Source: an uncultured Chlamydiae bacterium | Lineage (GTDB): Bacteria; Chlamydiota; Chlamydiia; Chlamydiales; Parachlamydiaceae | Direction: 5' to 3' | DNA length: 64,000 bases | NCBI GenBank assembly: GCA_963754655.1 | Contig: CAVWGN010000001.1 | Coordinates: 288,001 to 352,000 of the forward strand | Part shown: positions 11,960 through 21,970 of the stretch, in pieces | Numbering within the stretch: position 1 is the first letter of the stretch | How the letters are laid out: each line of letters starts with the position of its first letter | Notes under the pieces: generated by a model | Database searches by the model: none | What the model was told of the DNA's origin: nothing | What the model saw: the letters and a program-made list of their open reading frames with translations, nothing else | Program-made: the position numbers and the translations under genes

Positions 11960-12436
11960 TTATTCAGTGGATTCTAGTTGCTGCAGAAACATCCAGCCAA
12001 ATCCAATGAGAGGGAGGGCAAATAGCAAGAAATAAAGACCATCACTTTCTTGCCACTGCAAAGTGAACGTGCCATTTTGGGAAAACAGCATCAAGACAAC
12101 CCCAAAAAGAAAAAAGATCGATCCCATCATTAAAAAGAGAATAGGAAAAATGTCGCGTTTGAGTAAAGCAAATAGGGAAAGCTTCATCGCATGCTTGGGT
12201 TCATCGCTGATAGCCCTGTCTTGTTTTTCTTGGATTTCTTCAACATCTGGCTGGATTTGATAGAGGGGAGAGGGGATGTCTTCTGTTTTAGAGGAATGAT
12301 AGGAGGGATTCCAATTGGAATCTTCTTCTTCTTCCGGAGCGTGCAGGTAAACTCCACAGTAGGGACAGTTGTCAATATCTCTTGCAACATTCCCTTCACA
12401 ATTCCAACATAACTTTTTCTTGGGTACTGCACTCAT
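11960..12436 (-). CDS. Zinc-ribbon membrane protein (chlamydial hypothetical)
   Basis: CWNC...CPYC at the N-terminus and two C-terminal TM segments; divergent from lpdA; start at MSAVP. Confidence 0.8.
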   Translation of the reverse strand: MSAVPKKKLCWNCEGNVARDIDNCPYCGVYLHAPEEEEDSNWNPSYHSSKTEDIPSPLYQIQPDVEEIQEKQDRAISDEPKHAMKLSLFALLKRDIFPILFLMMGSIFFLFGVVLMLFSQNGTFTLQWQESDGLYFLLFALPLIGFGWMFLQQLESTE

Positions 12437-12749
12437 GAACAGCCCTGTTTGCAAGCAAATGAATAACGAAATTATCTATAATGGTGGTCCTCTCTTAAAT
12501 AGAAGTAGCACACATGTCAATATACTATCTTTTTCTTTATCAAAACGCAAGCTTTGTCCATAAAAATTTTCAAATTTTGTCAAGCGCTAATTTTAAATAC
12601 TTAAATTCAGCGATTTATACATAGATAGAAGATCAATTATTTTGCTTGTTCAGGACAATTAGACCTTCTTGGAAGGGGATGGATCACCGAAGTATAGATT
12701 CTGAATTGCAAATATTGTATGCTGGAATTATAGAGCGGAGAACAACAAT

Positions 12750-14180
12750 ATGGAACAGAAAAAATTTGATATCGCAGTATTAGGAGGGGGCCCTGGAGGT
12801 TACCCAGCTGCCATTAGGGCAGCTCAACTTGGAAAATCAGTTGCTCTCATTGAAGCCAAGGAAATGGGGGGGACCTGTCTCAATCGCGGCTGTATTCCAT
12901 CTAAAGCTCTTATAGCAGGCGCAGAGTTTGTGGGACGTTTAAAAAATGCGGCTGAATTTGGAATTCAAATTCCACATATGGAATTTGACTTTGGGCGCTT
13001 AGCTCATCACAAAGATCAAGTCGTAGACAAAATGCGTACTGGTCTTGAAGGACTCATTGCAGCTAATAAAATTACCCTCTTTCGCGGATTTGGAAAACTG
13101 ATTTCTCCCCGCGAACTGAAAGTTAGTGGTCAAGATAACGTTTCCCTTATAGCCGATAAAATAATTATTGCTACAGGTTCTGAACCGCGCAATCTTCCCA
13201 CTTTTCCCTTTGATTATAAGCATATTCACGATTCCACTTCGTTGCTTGCTTTGACAGCCTTGCCTAAAAAAATCCTGATCATAGGAGGGGGAGTCATTGG
13301 ATGCGAATTCGCCTCTCTTTATGCCCATTTAGGAGTCAATGTCACAATTTTAGAACTTTTGCCGCGCCTCATTTCCACTGAAGCTCAAGAAATCAGTCAA
13401 GCTTTGACACGTGCTTTCAGTAAAAAAGGAATTCAGGTGGAAACCAACGTCAAAGTGCAGAAGATCGAGCGCACCGAATCAGGAGTCAAGGCTTTTATTG
13501 AAGGGGGGCGCACTTTTACCGCTGATTGCTGCTTGGTATCGGTTGGACGTTCCTTGAATACAAACGGAATTGGATTGGAAAAGGCAGGCGTCGTTGTCCA
13601 AGATAATGGCTTAATTGCTGTGAATGACAAAATGGAAACAACAGTGGATGGCATTTATGCCGTTGGAGACATTGCCTCTAAATTTTGGCTCGCTCATGTA
13701 GCTTCCCATCAAGGAGTCATTGCAGCGGAGAATGCCTGTGGCAAACAAGCGCGCATGTATTACAATGCCATTCCTTCCGTCATTTTTACCGATCCCGAAA
13801 TCGGTTCGGTTGGCTTATCATTAGAAGAAGCAACGAAACAGGGGTATAAGGCCAAAATTGGCGCCTTTCCTTTTCAAGCGCTTGGCAAATCGCAGGCTAC
13901 TTTACAGACAGAAGGATTTGCTCAAATTGTCGTCGATGAGAAAACTGGACAGATTCTCGGTGCTCAAGTCATCGGCTATGAAGCGGCCACTTTAATTGCT
14001 CAGATGACTCTTGCCATGACCAATGAGTTGACAGTAGAATGTGTCGCTGAAACTATTCATGCCCATCCCACCATTTCAGAAGCTTGGGGAGAAGCTGCTT
14101 TCTTGGCCGAAGGGTTGCCCATTCATTTGCCGCCACGCCCTATGCGTGCAGCTCGCAGCGCTTCTGCTGCTAAAAGTTAA
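12750..14180 (+). CDS. lpdA: Dihydrolipoyl dehydrogenase
   Basis: GGGPGGY, GGTCLNRGCIPSK redox motif and HAHPTISE. Confidence 0.98.
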   Translation: MEQKKFDIAVLGGGPGGYPAAIRAAQLGKSVALIEAKEMGGTCLNRGCIPSKALIAGAEFVGRLKNAAEFGIQIPHMEFDFGRLAHHKDQVVDKMRTGLEGLIAANKITLFRGFGKLISPRELKVSGQDNVSLIADKIIIATGSEPRNLPTFPFDYKHIHDSTSLLALTALPKKILIIGGGVIGCEFASLYAHLGVNVTILELLPRLISTEAQEISQALTRAFSKKGIQVETNVKVQKIERTESGVKAFIEGGRTFTADCCLVSVGRSLNTNGIGLEKAGVVVQDNGLIAVNDKMETTVDGIYAVGDIASKFWLAHVASHQGVIAAENACGKQARMYYNAIPSVIFTDPEIGSVGLSLEEATKQGYKAKIGAFPFQALGKSQATLQTEGFAQIVVDEKTGQILGAQVIGYEAATLIAQMTLAMTNELTVECVAETIHAHPTISEAWGEAAFLAEGLPIHLPPRPMRAARSASAAKS

Positions 14181-14195
14181 TTTTCTGGAGAAGAA

Positions 14196-15191
14196 ATGCT
14201 TGACCATAACCAATTTCAATCTTCACCCAATGCTAAACCCAGGCGTTTAAATGTTTTGCCAGCCAATCCTGAACAAGATTTAGAAGATCGGCCTGTTAGG
14301 CAAGGACGTTTTCCTTCTTGGTTGCACCGTCGGTTGCCTAGAGGCAGCGAGTTGCCGCAAACAGGGCAAATCTTAGCGCAGCATCGTTTGCATACGGTGT
14401 GCGAAGAAGCCAAGTGTCCCAATCTGCTTGAATGCTGGTCGCATAAAATCGCGACGTTTCTTGTGATGGGCAAGGAATGTACGCGTAATTGTGGTTTTTG
14501 CGATATTGATTTTGCCAAAACGCCTAAAGCCTTAGAAGAAGATGAACCGCTGCGTGTTGCAGAATCGGTTAAAGAATTGGGATTGCGGCATGTGGTGATT
14601 ACAATGGTTGCGCGCGATGATTTGCCGGATGGAGGCAGCCAACATCTCGTGCGCGTTATGGAAGAGGTGCGTCGTTACAATCCAGAAGTGACAATTGAAG
14701 TGCTCACGTCTGATTTTGCCGGACAAATAAACGCTTGGCAAAGAATCTTAGATGCTTCTCCGCATATTTTCAATCACAATATTGAGACCGTACGGGATCT
14801 ATCTCCGCGTGTGCGGCACAAAGCCACCTATGATCGCACCCTCGAGTTGCTGCGCTATGTAGCTACTCATCGCCCGCATACGGGATTGAAAGTCAAGTCA
14901 GGCTTGATGGTGGGCCTTGGGGAAACAGAAGAACAAGTGTACCAGACATTAAAAGATCTCAAAGAAGCTGGCTGCGATATTGTGACAATCGGACAATATT
15001 TACAGCCTAATCGCCATAAATTGATGGTGAAATCATTTGTTCCACCTGAATTGTTTAAAAAATATGAGTCTTTTGGCTACGATTTGGGATTGTCCTATTT
15101 GTATTGCGGACCTTTTGTGCGCTCAAGCTATAATGCCCATCTCGTTTTAGAACAGACAGGAAAAGCTCCTTTAATGATTAATAGTAATTAG
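14196..15191 (+). CDS. lipA: Lipoyl synthase
   Basis: CEEAKCPNLLEC, CTRNCGFC and VRSSY. Confidence 0.98.
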   Translation: MLDHNQFQSSPNAKPRRLNVLPANPEQDLEDRPVRQGRFPSWLHRRLPRGSELPQTGQILAQHRLHTVCEEAKCPNLLECWSHKIATFLVMGKECTRNCGFCDIDFAKTPKALEEDEPLRVAESVKELGLRHVVITMVARDDLPDGGSQHLVRVMEEVRRYNPEVTIEVLTSDFAGQINAWQRILDASPHIFNHNIETVRDLSPRVRHKATYDRTLELLRYVATHRPHTGLKVKSGLMVGLGETEEQVYQTLKDLKEAGCDIVTIGQYLQPNRHKLMVKSFVPPELFKKYESFGYDLGLSYLYCGPFVRSSYNAHLVLEQTGKAPLMINSN

Positions 15192-15199
15192 GAAAAGAC

Positions 15200-16138
15200 A
15201 TGGAACCAGAAGCAAATCTTCCTTTTGAACGCTTTCCCATGGTAGATGCCATCGATCATGAAATTTTAATGCATCGCGATGCTCACTTTGGGGGACTATT
15301 TTCTATCATGCTTGACTACTATCGTCAGGAAGGAAAAGGGGTTCAGCCTGAATTTGACATTGCGCGCATTGAGCATTTGGCTCATTTAGAAGAGCAATTG
15401 AAGCAAAATTTAGCTGCCTCATTTTTAGCAGCGAATGAGATGCAAAAAGTAGCTGATGCACGTGAAGCTTATCAAAAGCTTAGGGCTATCTACGAGGTAA
15501 AAAAGTCTAAGACTCCTTATCCGCGCCTAATCGCCGATTTGATTCTTTCTGAGGAGGAAGAGCCAGAAGTAGAAATTGCCGCCATTGCTGCCGAGAAAGA
15601 TAAAATTGTTCCGATGCTCATTGATCTTTTACGCAGCGAAGAGCTCTATGATCCTCTTTTTCCCGGTTATGGACAAGCCCCTTTCTTAGCGGTTCAATGT
15701 TTGGGACGCATAGGTGACAAACGTGCCATTATTTCTTTGTTTGAAGCTCTAGGACAGAGCGATTTTTTTGCTGACGATCAAATTATCAAAGCTCTTAAAG
15801 CGATTGGCAAACCCGCTCGAGATTTTTTGTTGCATGTTTTAAATGGCCGTCCTCTTAATGAAGATAATGAAAAAGCGGCTATTGCCCTCATTGCTTTTAA
15901 AGACGATGAGGAGGTAGCTAATCATTGCTTTGATTTATTGCAGAAATCCGATGTTCAAAAAGATCCTTGCTTACCCACTTATCTGGTACTGGCTTGTGCA
16001 GGGCTTCAAGATCCCTTGAGGCGTCAAGCTTTCAAGGTCATGTTTCATGACTCGCATCTTCCTTCCCTTTTGCGCGAAGATATTAAAGGCATTATGCATG
16101 ATTGGGAAGAGAATGAAGAAAAAGGGCTATTCATGTAA
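15200..16138 (+). CDS. HEAT-repeat-like hypothetical protein
   Basis: 312-aa acidic, helical ORF in operon with lipA; HEAT-like segment LAVQCLGRIGDKRAIISLFEAL. Confidence 0.75.
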   Translation: MEPEANLPFERFPMVDAIDHEILMHRDAHFGGLFSIMLDYYRQEGKGVQPEFDIARIEHLAHLEEQLKQNLAASFLAANEMQKVADAREAYQKLRAIYEVKKSKTPYPRLIADLILSEEEEPEVEIAAIAAEKDKIVPMLIDLLRSEELYDPLFPGYGQAPFLAVQCLGRIGDKRAIISLFEALGQSDFFADDQIIKALKAIGKPARDFLLHVLNGRPLNEDNEKAAIALIAFKDDEEVANHCFDLLQKSDVQKDPCLPTYLVLACAGLQDPLRRQAFKVMFHDSHLPSLLREDIKGIMHDWEENEEKGLFM

Positions 16139-16146
16139 AGGACCCT

Positions 16147-16470
16147 GTCGCATGTTTATGCCGTCCTTTCAGGACTCGATGTCTTTTGATAGAACCCAGG
16201 CCTCCGCTTCGCTGCGACCTGGGCTGTAACATGACGGCCCTTCAGGCCTTAACAAGAGATGTTTAAGGCCCTCTTCTATAGTCCCTAAATCATCTTTTTG
16301 TTAAGGCCTGAAGGGCCGTCATGTTACAGCCCAGGTCGCAGCGAAGCGGAGGCCTGGGTTCTATCAAAAGACATCGAGTCCTGAAAGGACAGCATAAACA
16401 TGCGACCTTCAATTCAACTATGCCAATTATTGTGAAAAATAAAGCTCATTTTTTGCACAAAATTAACACC
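16147..16470. repeat. Family A palindromic element with truncated left outer arm
   Basis: Same core as 11550; right arm extends to ...GCTCATTTTTTGCACAAAATTAACACC, as in the full copy at 33382-33770. Confidence 0.93.
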
Positions 16471-16594
16471 TACCCCTATATGCGCCTGCGACGTCAAACT
16501 AGTTTGATGAAAGTTCAAATCATCAGGAGGCTATAATTTTATGAAGCGAAAGGGGACGATTCGGCAAATGAAATTATTAATGATGCACTGATAG

Positions 16595-16918
16595 TTAACG
16601 AATTTGCAAATTAAACGATTGCGATTCATTGGAGCATTGCTTATCGATGACTTCTCCCTCTCTCACTGTTAAGATATAGGTATTTTGCGAAATGATACCA
16701 GGGCCTGTTTGAATGCGCTCAATGTAGCGATAATGCTGCATACCTGATTGAGAAGAAACGCTATAAGGTGCTCCCACTTGTGTTTCAACTTCAGTAATAG
16801 AAGCGCCAATGGGAATGCGCTCAAAAGCAGGAGCTGTCATTGTTGAACTCGAGAGGCTGCAGGCAGCCAAACTCAAGCTCAATAGTAAAATGAATAAAAT
16901 AACCGTGGCTTTATGCAT
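16595..16918 (-). CDS. Small lipoprotein, possibly SmpA/BamE-like fold
   Basis: Signal peptide with lipobox LAAC; IPIGASITEVETQVGAP pattern. Confidence 0.7.
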   Translation of the reverse strand: MHKATVILFILLLSLSLAACSLSSSTMTAPAFERIPIGASITEVETQVGAPYSVSSQSGMQHYRYIERIQTGPGIISQNTYILTVREGEVIDKQCSNESQSFNLQIR

Positions 16919-16934
16919 ATTTAACTCGATTTAT

Positions 16935-17372
16935 TTATGATCCTTTGCGCCAAATAAGCCCTTCAATGAGGGTGCGATATTGTTCGGCTGATCCATATTC
17001 GGCATGCAGAAAATAATCACCATTTTCTTGCTGTTCATAGACTTCAAATCCTTCGAAAGCAGATTGACTCTGAAATTCCCAGGCAATGATATGCTCGTCG
17101 CAGAGTCCTGATCCTGAAATCATGCCCACAACGCTATTTTCTAATAAAACAGAAAAAGAAGTGGGTTTAATGTCTCTAAAAGTAAATGAGTTCATGACCT
17201 GCTCTTCCACTCCTTGCATTTCGACAATTTGCGTCGCTTTCATCACTCCAGGGCTTTCTTCATGAATCGTCCATTTTGTGTAAAATCTTAAAAATTCAGC
17301 AGAAGCAATAAAAGAAATTTTGCCTTCTCCTAACCAGAGGCCAGAAGTGAAAATAAAATCATTTTTAGGCAT
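16935..17372 (-). CDS. Hypothetical beta-rich protein
   Basis: 145-aa ORF tightly packed behind rodA. Confidence 0.75.
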   Translation of the reverse strand: MPKNDFIFTSGLWLGEGKISFIASAEFLRFYTKWTIHEESPGVMKATQIVEMQGVEEQVMNSFTFRDIKPTSFSVLLENSVVGMISGSGLCDEHIIAWEFQSQSAFEGFEVYEQQENGDYFLHAEYGSAEQYRTLIEGLIWRKGS

Positions 17373-17373
17373 A

Positions 17374-18510
17374 TTAAAACATAAACCTTCTGCTATAAAT
17401 GCTTTGCAAAATTCCCAGCGCCATCATGGTCGATAGAATGGAAGATCCTCCATAAGTGACTAAAATTAACGGAACGCCTGTTATAGGTAAAAAACCGCAC
17501 ATCATGCCAATATTAACCAGAATATGCATGGACAAATAGACGGCCACTCCAGCCGATAAAAGACGTCCAAAAGAATCTTTAGCAACAGCAGTCACCTGAA
17601 AACTAAAATAAATTAAAGCATAATAAAGAACCATGAGGAAAAGCAAGCCTAAGAATCCAAATTCTTCGCCAAAAGCTGGGAAAACAGAATCAGTATAAGG
17701 AGCTGGCAGCCAACCTCTTCCACTAAATTCACTTTTGCGCCATCCTGTTCCTGTGAGTCCGCCAAGGGCTATGGCTGTAGAAGCTGCTTTCTGATGATGG
17801 GTAGCTGGATCTAGGCGATCGAATTGATAATCTTTGAGAACTTTAGTTGCATAAGGACGCAAGGTTTCATGAGGCAAAATACCCAAAAAAATGAAGGCCA
17901 CAAGAATTAAGGTGCATCCTCCCAGAAGGGTCATCCATTTGATAATGGAGGGGCGTAAATCGCCAAAGTAAAACATGACAAGAGTAATGGGAAAGAGAAC
18001 TAAAGCTGTGCCTAAATCAGGCTGTTTCAGAATAAGGAGAAAAGGAATGCCCACAATCACACTAGCATAAAACGCAGTGCTCCAAGCTGAAGCCACGGCT
18101 CGGCGCCTTTCTAAAAACCAACTTAAGGTAATGACCACAATAAATTTGGCACATTCAGAGGGCTGAAAACTGGCATTGAGAAAAGGGAGGCGGTACCAAC
18201 GATGAACGCGCTGAATGGAATCTGTAAAAAATAAACCCACAAGAGATATAATCATTAGAGCGTATAGGATCCATGTCCACTCTCGCAATTTGTTGTAGTC
18301 AAATCCAGCGCATAGTAAGTAAACGACAGAACCAATGGCAAACCATTGAATTTGGGTTCGCAAAATGGGAGTGAAGAAGACTTCGTCAACGTGGTCAGAA
18401 GAAGCATCCATCGTATAAGAGGAAATGACAAGCAAGCTAATGAGCATAAGACTTAAGATCACAGGAATCACTCTAAAGTCAATGCGGGTAAGATAGCGCG
18501 AACTCCACAT
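17374..18510 (-). CDS. rodA: Rod shape-determining protein RodA (FtsW/RodA/SpoVE family)
   Basis: FQPSE, KQPDLGTA, TDSVF, PITGVPL and YGGSS; start at MWSSRY. Confidence 0.93.
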   Translation of the reverse strand: MWSSRYLTRIDFRVIPVILSLMLISLLVISSYTMDASSDHVDEVFFTPILRTQIQWFAIGSVVYLLCAGFDYNKLREWTWILYALMIISLVGLFFTDSIQRVHRWYRLPFLNASFQPSECAKFIVVITLSWFLERRRAVASAWSTAFYASVIVGIPFLLILKQPDLGTALVLFPITLVMFYFGDLRPSIIKWMTLLGGCTLILVAFIFLGILPHETLRPYATKVLKDYQFDRLDPATHHQKAASTAIALGGLTGTGWRKSEFSGRGWLPAPYTDSVFPAFGEEFGFLGLLFLMVLYYALIYFSFQVTAVAKDSFGRLLSAGVAVYLSMHILVNIGMMCGFLPITGVPLILVTYGGSSILSTMMALGILQSIYSRRFMF

Positions 18511-18541
18511 AGAATGCGTCCTATATACTTTCAGGGGAAAA

Positions 18542-19339
18542 ATGACCAAGCAAAAATATCATAACAAGAAGACAGCTGATGCACAAGTCAAAAGAAATCC
18601 GGAGATTTATTTGGCCAAACACATTCACTTTGCGTGTATTGACTCCACCAATACGTGGGCAAAAGCGCATACCGATCAGTGGGATCCAAAAGGAGTGACT
18701 CTCGTAACAGCGTCAGAGCAAACGGCAGGGCGTGGTCGCTTTAATCGGCAATGGGTCTCTCCCCCTCATCTTAATCTTTATGCCACCTTTTGCTTTTGGT
18801 TTGACTTGCAAAGAACCGATAGCGGGCACATTCCTCAACTTTTGGCATTAGCCGCTGTACAAACGTTAGAAAAGGAGGGATTTTTGCCATTGCTTAAGTG
18901 GCCCAACGACGTATTGCTGCAAGGAAAAAAAATTGCAGGTATTCTTTGTGAAACGGTAATGGAAAAAGAAAAGCGTGGCATTGTATGCGGCATTGGCCTT
19001 AACGTCAATATGCCATTAGAAGTGTTAAATCAAATTGATCGTCCCGCCACTTCCCTCATTGTCGAAGGGGGGCGTGCTTTTGAAGTGACAGCCATTTTAG
19101 AAGCTTTGCAACACATTTTTTTACCGGCTCTCAATGTCTTTATTTGCCAAGGATTCGCCTCTTTCTTTCCTCATTTTCAAGAGCGCTCAGTCTTAAAATG
19201 CGGACAAATGGTTCGGTTTCATAATAATCAAATCTTGATAGAAGCTCAATTTGAACGCTTGCATGCCGACGGATCGGTCGAATTGCGTTTGTCCGATGGA
19301 AGATTGAAAACTTTTCATGCCGGAGAATTTATCACTTAA
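18542..19339 (+). CDS. birA: Biotin--[acetyl-CoA-carboxylase] ligase
   Basis: DSTN, QTAGRGR, KWPND, KKIAGIL and GIGLNVN; no HTH domain; exact start uncertain. Confidence 0.95.
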   Translation: MTKQKYHNKKTADAQVKRNPEIYLAKHIHFACIDSTNTWAKAHTDQWDPKGVTLVTASEQTAGRGRFNRQWVSPPHLNLYATFCFWFDLQRTDSGHIPQLLALAAVQTLEKEGFLPLLKWPNDVLLQGKKIAGILCETVMEKEKRGIVCGIGLNVNMPLEVLNQIDRPATSLIVEGGRAFEVTAILEALQHIFLPALNVFICQGFASFFPHFQERSVLKCGQMVRFHNNQILIEAQFERLHADGSVELRLSDGRLKTFHAGEFIT

Positions 19340-19464
19340 ATCAATTTCGCATTTTTTGTTAATATTTGTTAAATTTAATATTAATTTATAACAAATAGTT
19401 TGATTTTTATAATATATTTCTTTATTATGATATTTGTTTTTAAATTTAAAGAGAGGTTAATTAT

Positions 19465-19914
19465 ATGATTCAAAATTTTTTCAACACTGTTCAAAAAGAT
19501 TTAATGCGCCTTGCTGAATATACGGCAATTGAGCATCCTACAAAAGATCAAGAACAAAGAGTGGGTGCAGCTGCTCTGCGTACGATTGCTGTCTGTGGAA
19601 TGGCGTTTGCAGCGATCATTGGTGTGGCGGCATTTACAGCGACTACGCCACTTGGTGCAATCTTGACGCTTGCAACTGCTGTTACGCTCTATGCGATTAG
19701 TCACGATGTTTTTGTCATTGGCCTAAATACTGAAAAAGGCATGGTCGGTCAAGTCATTGGATTAGGCAAAGGACTCATCGAAGATTTTGCAGATATGTGG
19801 AACGGGGATAGAAATATAGATGATGCTCCTCGCCATTTTCTTACTGAAGGCACTTTCTTGAGACCTGTTTGGGATGTTGCTTTTGCAACGTTACATGCAC
19901 AAACACAAGGCTGA
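19465..19914 (+). CDS. Hypothetical protein with bilobed hydrophobic domain (Inc-like)
   Basis: SD GAGAGG; roughly 45-aa two-lobed hydrophobic stretch (IAVCGMAFAAIIGVAAF-TATTP-LGAILTLATAVTLYAI). Confidence 0.65.
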   Translation: MIQNFFNTVQKDLMRLAEYTAIEHPTKDQEQRVGAAALRTIAVCGMAFAAIIGVAAFTATTPLGAILTLATAVTLYAISHDVFVIGLNTEKGMVGQVIGLGKGLIEDFADMWNGDRNIDDAPRHFLTEGTFLRPVWDVAFATLHAQTQG

Positions 19915-19938
19915 AAAGACTTTTTCCAATTTTTGATG

Positions 19939-19970
19939 AAGGCATTTTCCCAAAGGAAAATGCCTTTTTT
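19939..19970 (+). terminator. Intrinsic terminator
   Basis: AAGGCATTTTCC-caaa-GGAAAATGCCTT followed by a T run, between convergent genes. Confidence 0.8.
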
Positions 19971-20003
19971 CTTTGGGTGCGTTTTTAATGACATTTCATC
20001 CAT

Positions 20004-20789
20004 TCAATGAAAAGTGGAAAGGTCGGGGACGACGACTAAGCTCGGATGCACTCTGCCTCGCAAAACCTGTTGGATATAGGAGAGGGTCGTTCCTGTGGCC
20101 GAAAAACAAGACGTGCAAGAACCCTGATAAGCGATGAGGACTTCGTTCCCATTAATTAAATCTAAGACTTGAATCCCTCCGGCATCCAATTCAATATAAG
20201 GGCGAATATCGCGTGCAACGATTTCTTCAATCAAGGCCATTTTTTTCTCTTGTGAAAGGTTTTCCCAGCCTGGATAGCCTCCTTCTAAAATTTCGCCAAT
20301 ATCTAGGGGCGCTGGAGGAGCCACATAATTAGTTGCAAGAGGAATATCCATGCATTGATTGGCAGCGTTGTCCAAAGCACCTAAGATTAAATTAAGGTGA
20401 GGAGACGTTTCTTGAGGAAAAGCGGGCGTGTCAGGACGGTCGCGCACTTGCTTGTCGATGAGCTCAGTGCTAATGCGACGAGCTTGATCATAGTTTTTGC
20501 CAATGACTAATTCGCAGGTAATCTCTGCGGCTCCGATCAATGCCGATTGTCCATAGACTTGAAAGCGAGCATCGACAATGATGCCATCATCTGGATCAAC
20601 AAGCCAATAAAAGCGGATAAGGTTGCCCTCTTCTATGGTCCCTTCTTGTCCTTCTGCCAGGCGCATTCCGCGTGCTTCTGATTGATCCTTTGTAAAAAAT
20701 CCAAAACAGTGCAGACGCTCAATTTTAGCATTGAGTTTTTTGCTGTAGCGTAACCAGGGAAAGGGCTGAGTCAACGTCTTTAAGCTCAT
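20004..20789 (-). CDS. NifU-like protein (degenerate IscU-like N-domain plus C-terminal Nfu domain)
   Basis: IVDARFQVYG IscU-like strand; IRPYIELDAGGI...YQGSCTSC Nfu CxxC. Confidence 0.9.
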   Translation of the reverse strand: MSLKTLTQPFPWLRYSKKLNAKIERLHCFGFFTKDQSEARGMRLAEGQEGTIEEGNLIRFYWLVDPDDGIIVDARFQVYGQSALIGAAEITCELVIGKNYDQARRISTELIDKQVRDRPDTPAFPQETSPHLNLILGALDNAANQCMDIPLATNYVAPPAPLDIGEILEGGYPGWENLSQEKKMALIEEIVARDIRPYIELDAGGIQVLDLINGNEVLIAYQGSCTSCFSATGTTLSYIQQVLRGRVHPSLVVVPDLSTFH

Positions 20790-21970
20790 GTTTTTATCTT
20801 CCCTAATGGTGAAAAGATTTGATGGGATAAACGGGTAAGCATGTGCGCCGATTCCACGATAATGGCAGTGGCTCGATCAATTTCATCTTCGGTGGTATAG
20901 CGGGAAAGGCTAAAAGAAATGGCGCTATGCGCTAACGTTTCCTCTATTCCGGAAAAGGCAAGCAAGAGCCCTAATTGCTGGAAATTTCCTCCTCCTATAC
21001 TAGCGCAGACGCCGCGACGATTCAATGCAAAAAGCAAAGCTTCATTGGCTATACCAGGAAAAAGAATTGTCGTACAATGCGGCAAGCGCTCCTGACCTTT
21101 AAAGGCCACTTGAGCTTGAGGAATGTCCTTTAAAATGCCTTGTTCGAATTGATGACGAAGTCGCGCTGTTTCAGTACACAGCAAATCGCGGTTATCGACT
21201 GCTTCTTTTGCGGCAGCAGCAAGCCCTGCTAGGCCGGGCATATTGAGGCTTCCTGCTCGCATTCCTCCTTGATCGGCGCTGCCAAAAATAAAGGGAGAAC
21301 AATGTATTCCTTGCTTAATATATAATGCTCCTGTTCCTTTGGGGCCATGGAGCTGATCGCCATTAAAGGTCAAGTAATCGGGATTGATTTCTTCGAGTTC
21401 ATAAAAGAGTTTCCCTAAGACATGAGTCGCATCTAAGTGCAAGCGAACACCACGTTGCCGGCATAAATCGGCGATTTCTGAAACAGGTTGAATGACACCT
21501 GTCAGCCCATTGGCCCAAGATAAGGAAACAAGCGCGGTACGTGGCGACAGAACATCGGCTAATGCTTGAGCTGTTACCCTGCCTCGAGAATCGATCTCGA
21601 TCATTTTCCCTACGCAAGCAAAGGGCTCTAAATGGCTGATAGCCATCATGGCTGAAGCTTCATCCGTTTTAGAGGTTAAAAATTGGTTTTTACCTGTTGA
21701 CAGAGTGACATCACGATAAACAGAAGAAATGACATGATTGACGGCTTCTGCGCCGGAAGAAGTCAAAATGACTTGGTCGCCTTCTTTCGCTCCAATAAAG
21801 GCATAAAGCGTTTGATAAAACTCAGAGAGAGAGGAGTAGAGTTCTTGTCCCTTTTGATGGGGAGCGGTGGGAATCCCCCAATACGTTGTCCAATAAGGCA
21901 TCATGGCGTTAATGGCTTTTTCAGAAGGACGTGCAGTCGTGCTGTTATCCAGATAAATAAGAGCAGTCAT
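20786..21970 (-). CDS. Cysteine desulfurase-like (NifS/IscS class V) protein with substituted catalytic residues
   Basis: IYLDNSTT, TSSGAEA, HLDATH, HGPKGTGALY and ISFSLSRYTT motifs. Confidence 0.9.
   Translation of the reverse strand: MTALIYLDNSTTARPSEKAINAMMPYWTTYWGIPTAPHQKGQELYSSLSEFYQTLYAFIGAKEGDQVILTSSGAEAVNHVISSVYRDVTLSTGKNQFLTSKTDEASAMMAISHLEPFACVGKMIEIDSRGRVTAQALADVLSPRTALVSLSWANGLTGVIQPVSEIADLCRQRGVRLHLDATHVLGKLFYELEEINPDYLTFNGDQLHGPKGTGALYIKQGIHCSPFIFGSADQGGMRAGSLNMPGLAGLAAAAKEAVDNRDLLCTETARLRHQFEQGILKDIPQAQVAFKGQERLPHCTTILFPGIANEALLFALNRRGVCASIGGGNFQQLGLLLAFSGIEETLAHSAISFSLSRYTTEDEIDRATAIIVESAHMLTRLSHQIFSPLGKIKT

Noticed and set aside
16321..16536. ORFs at 16047, 16321, 33597 and 57827 that resemble a small protein family
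   Set aside because: They are translations of the palindromic repeats; their similarity comes from the repeat DNA.
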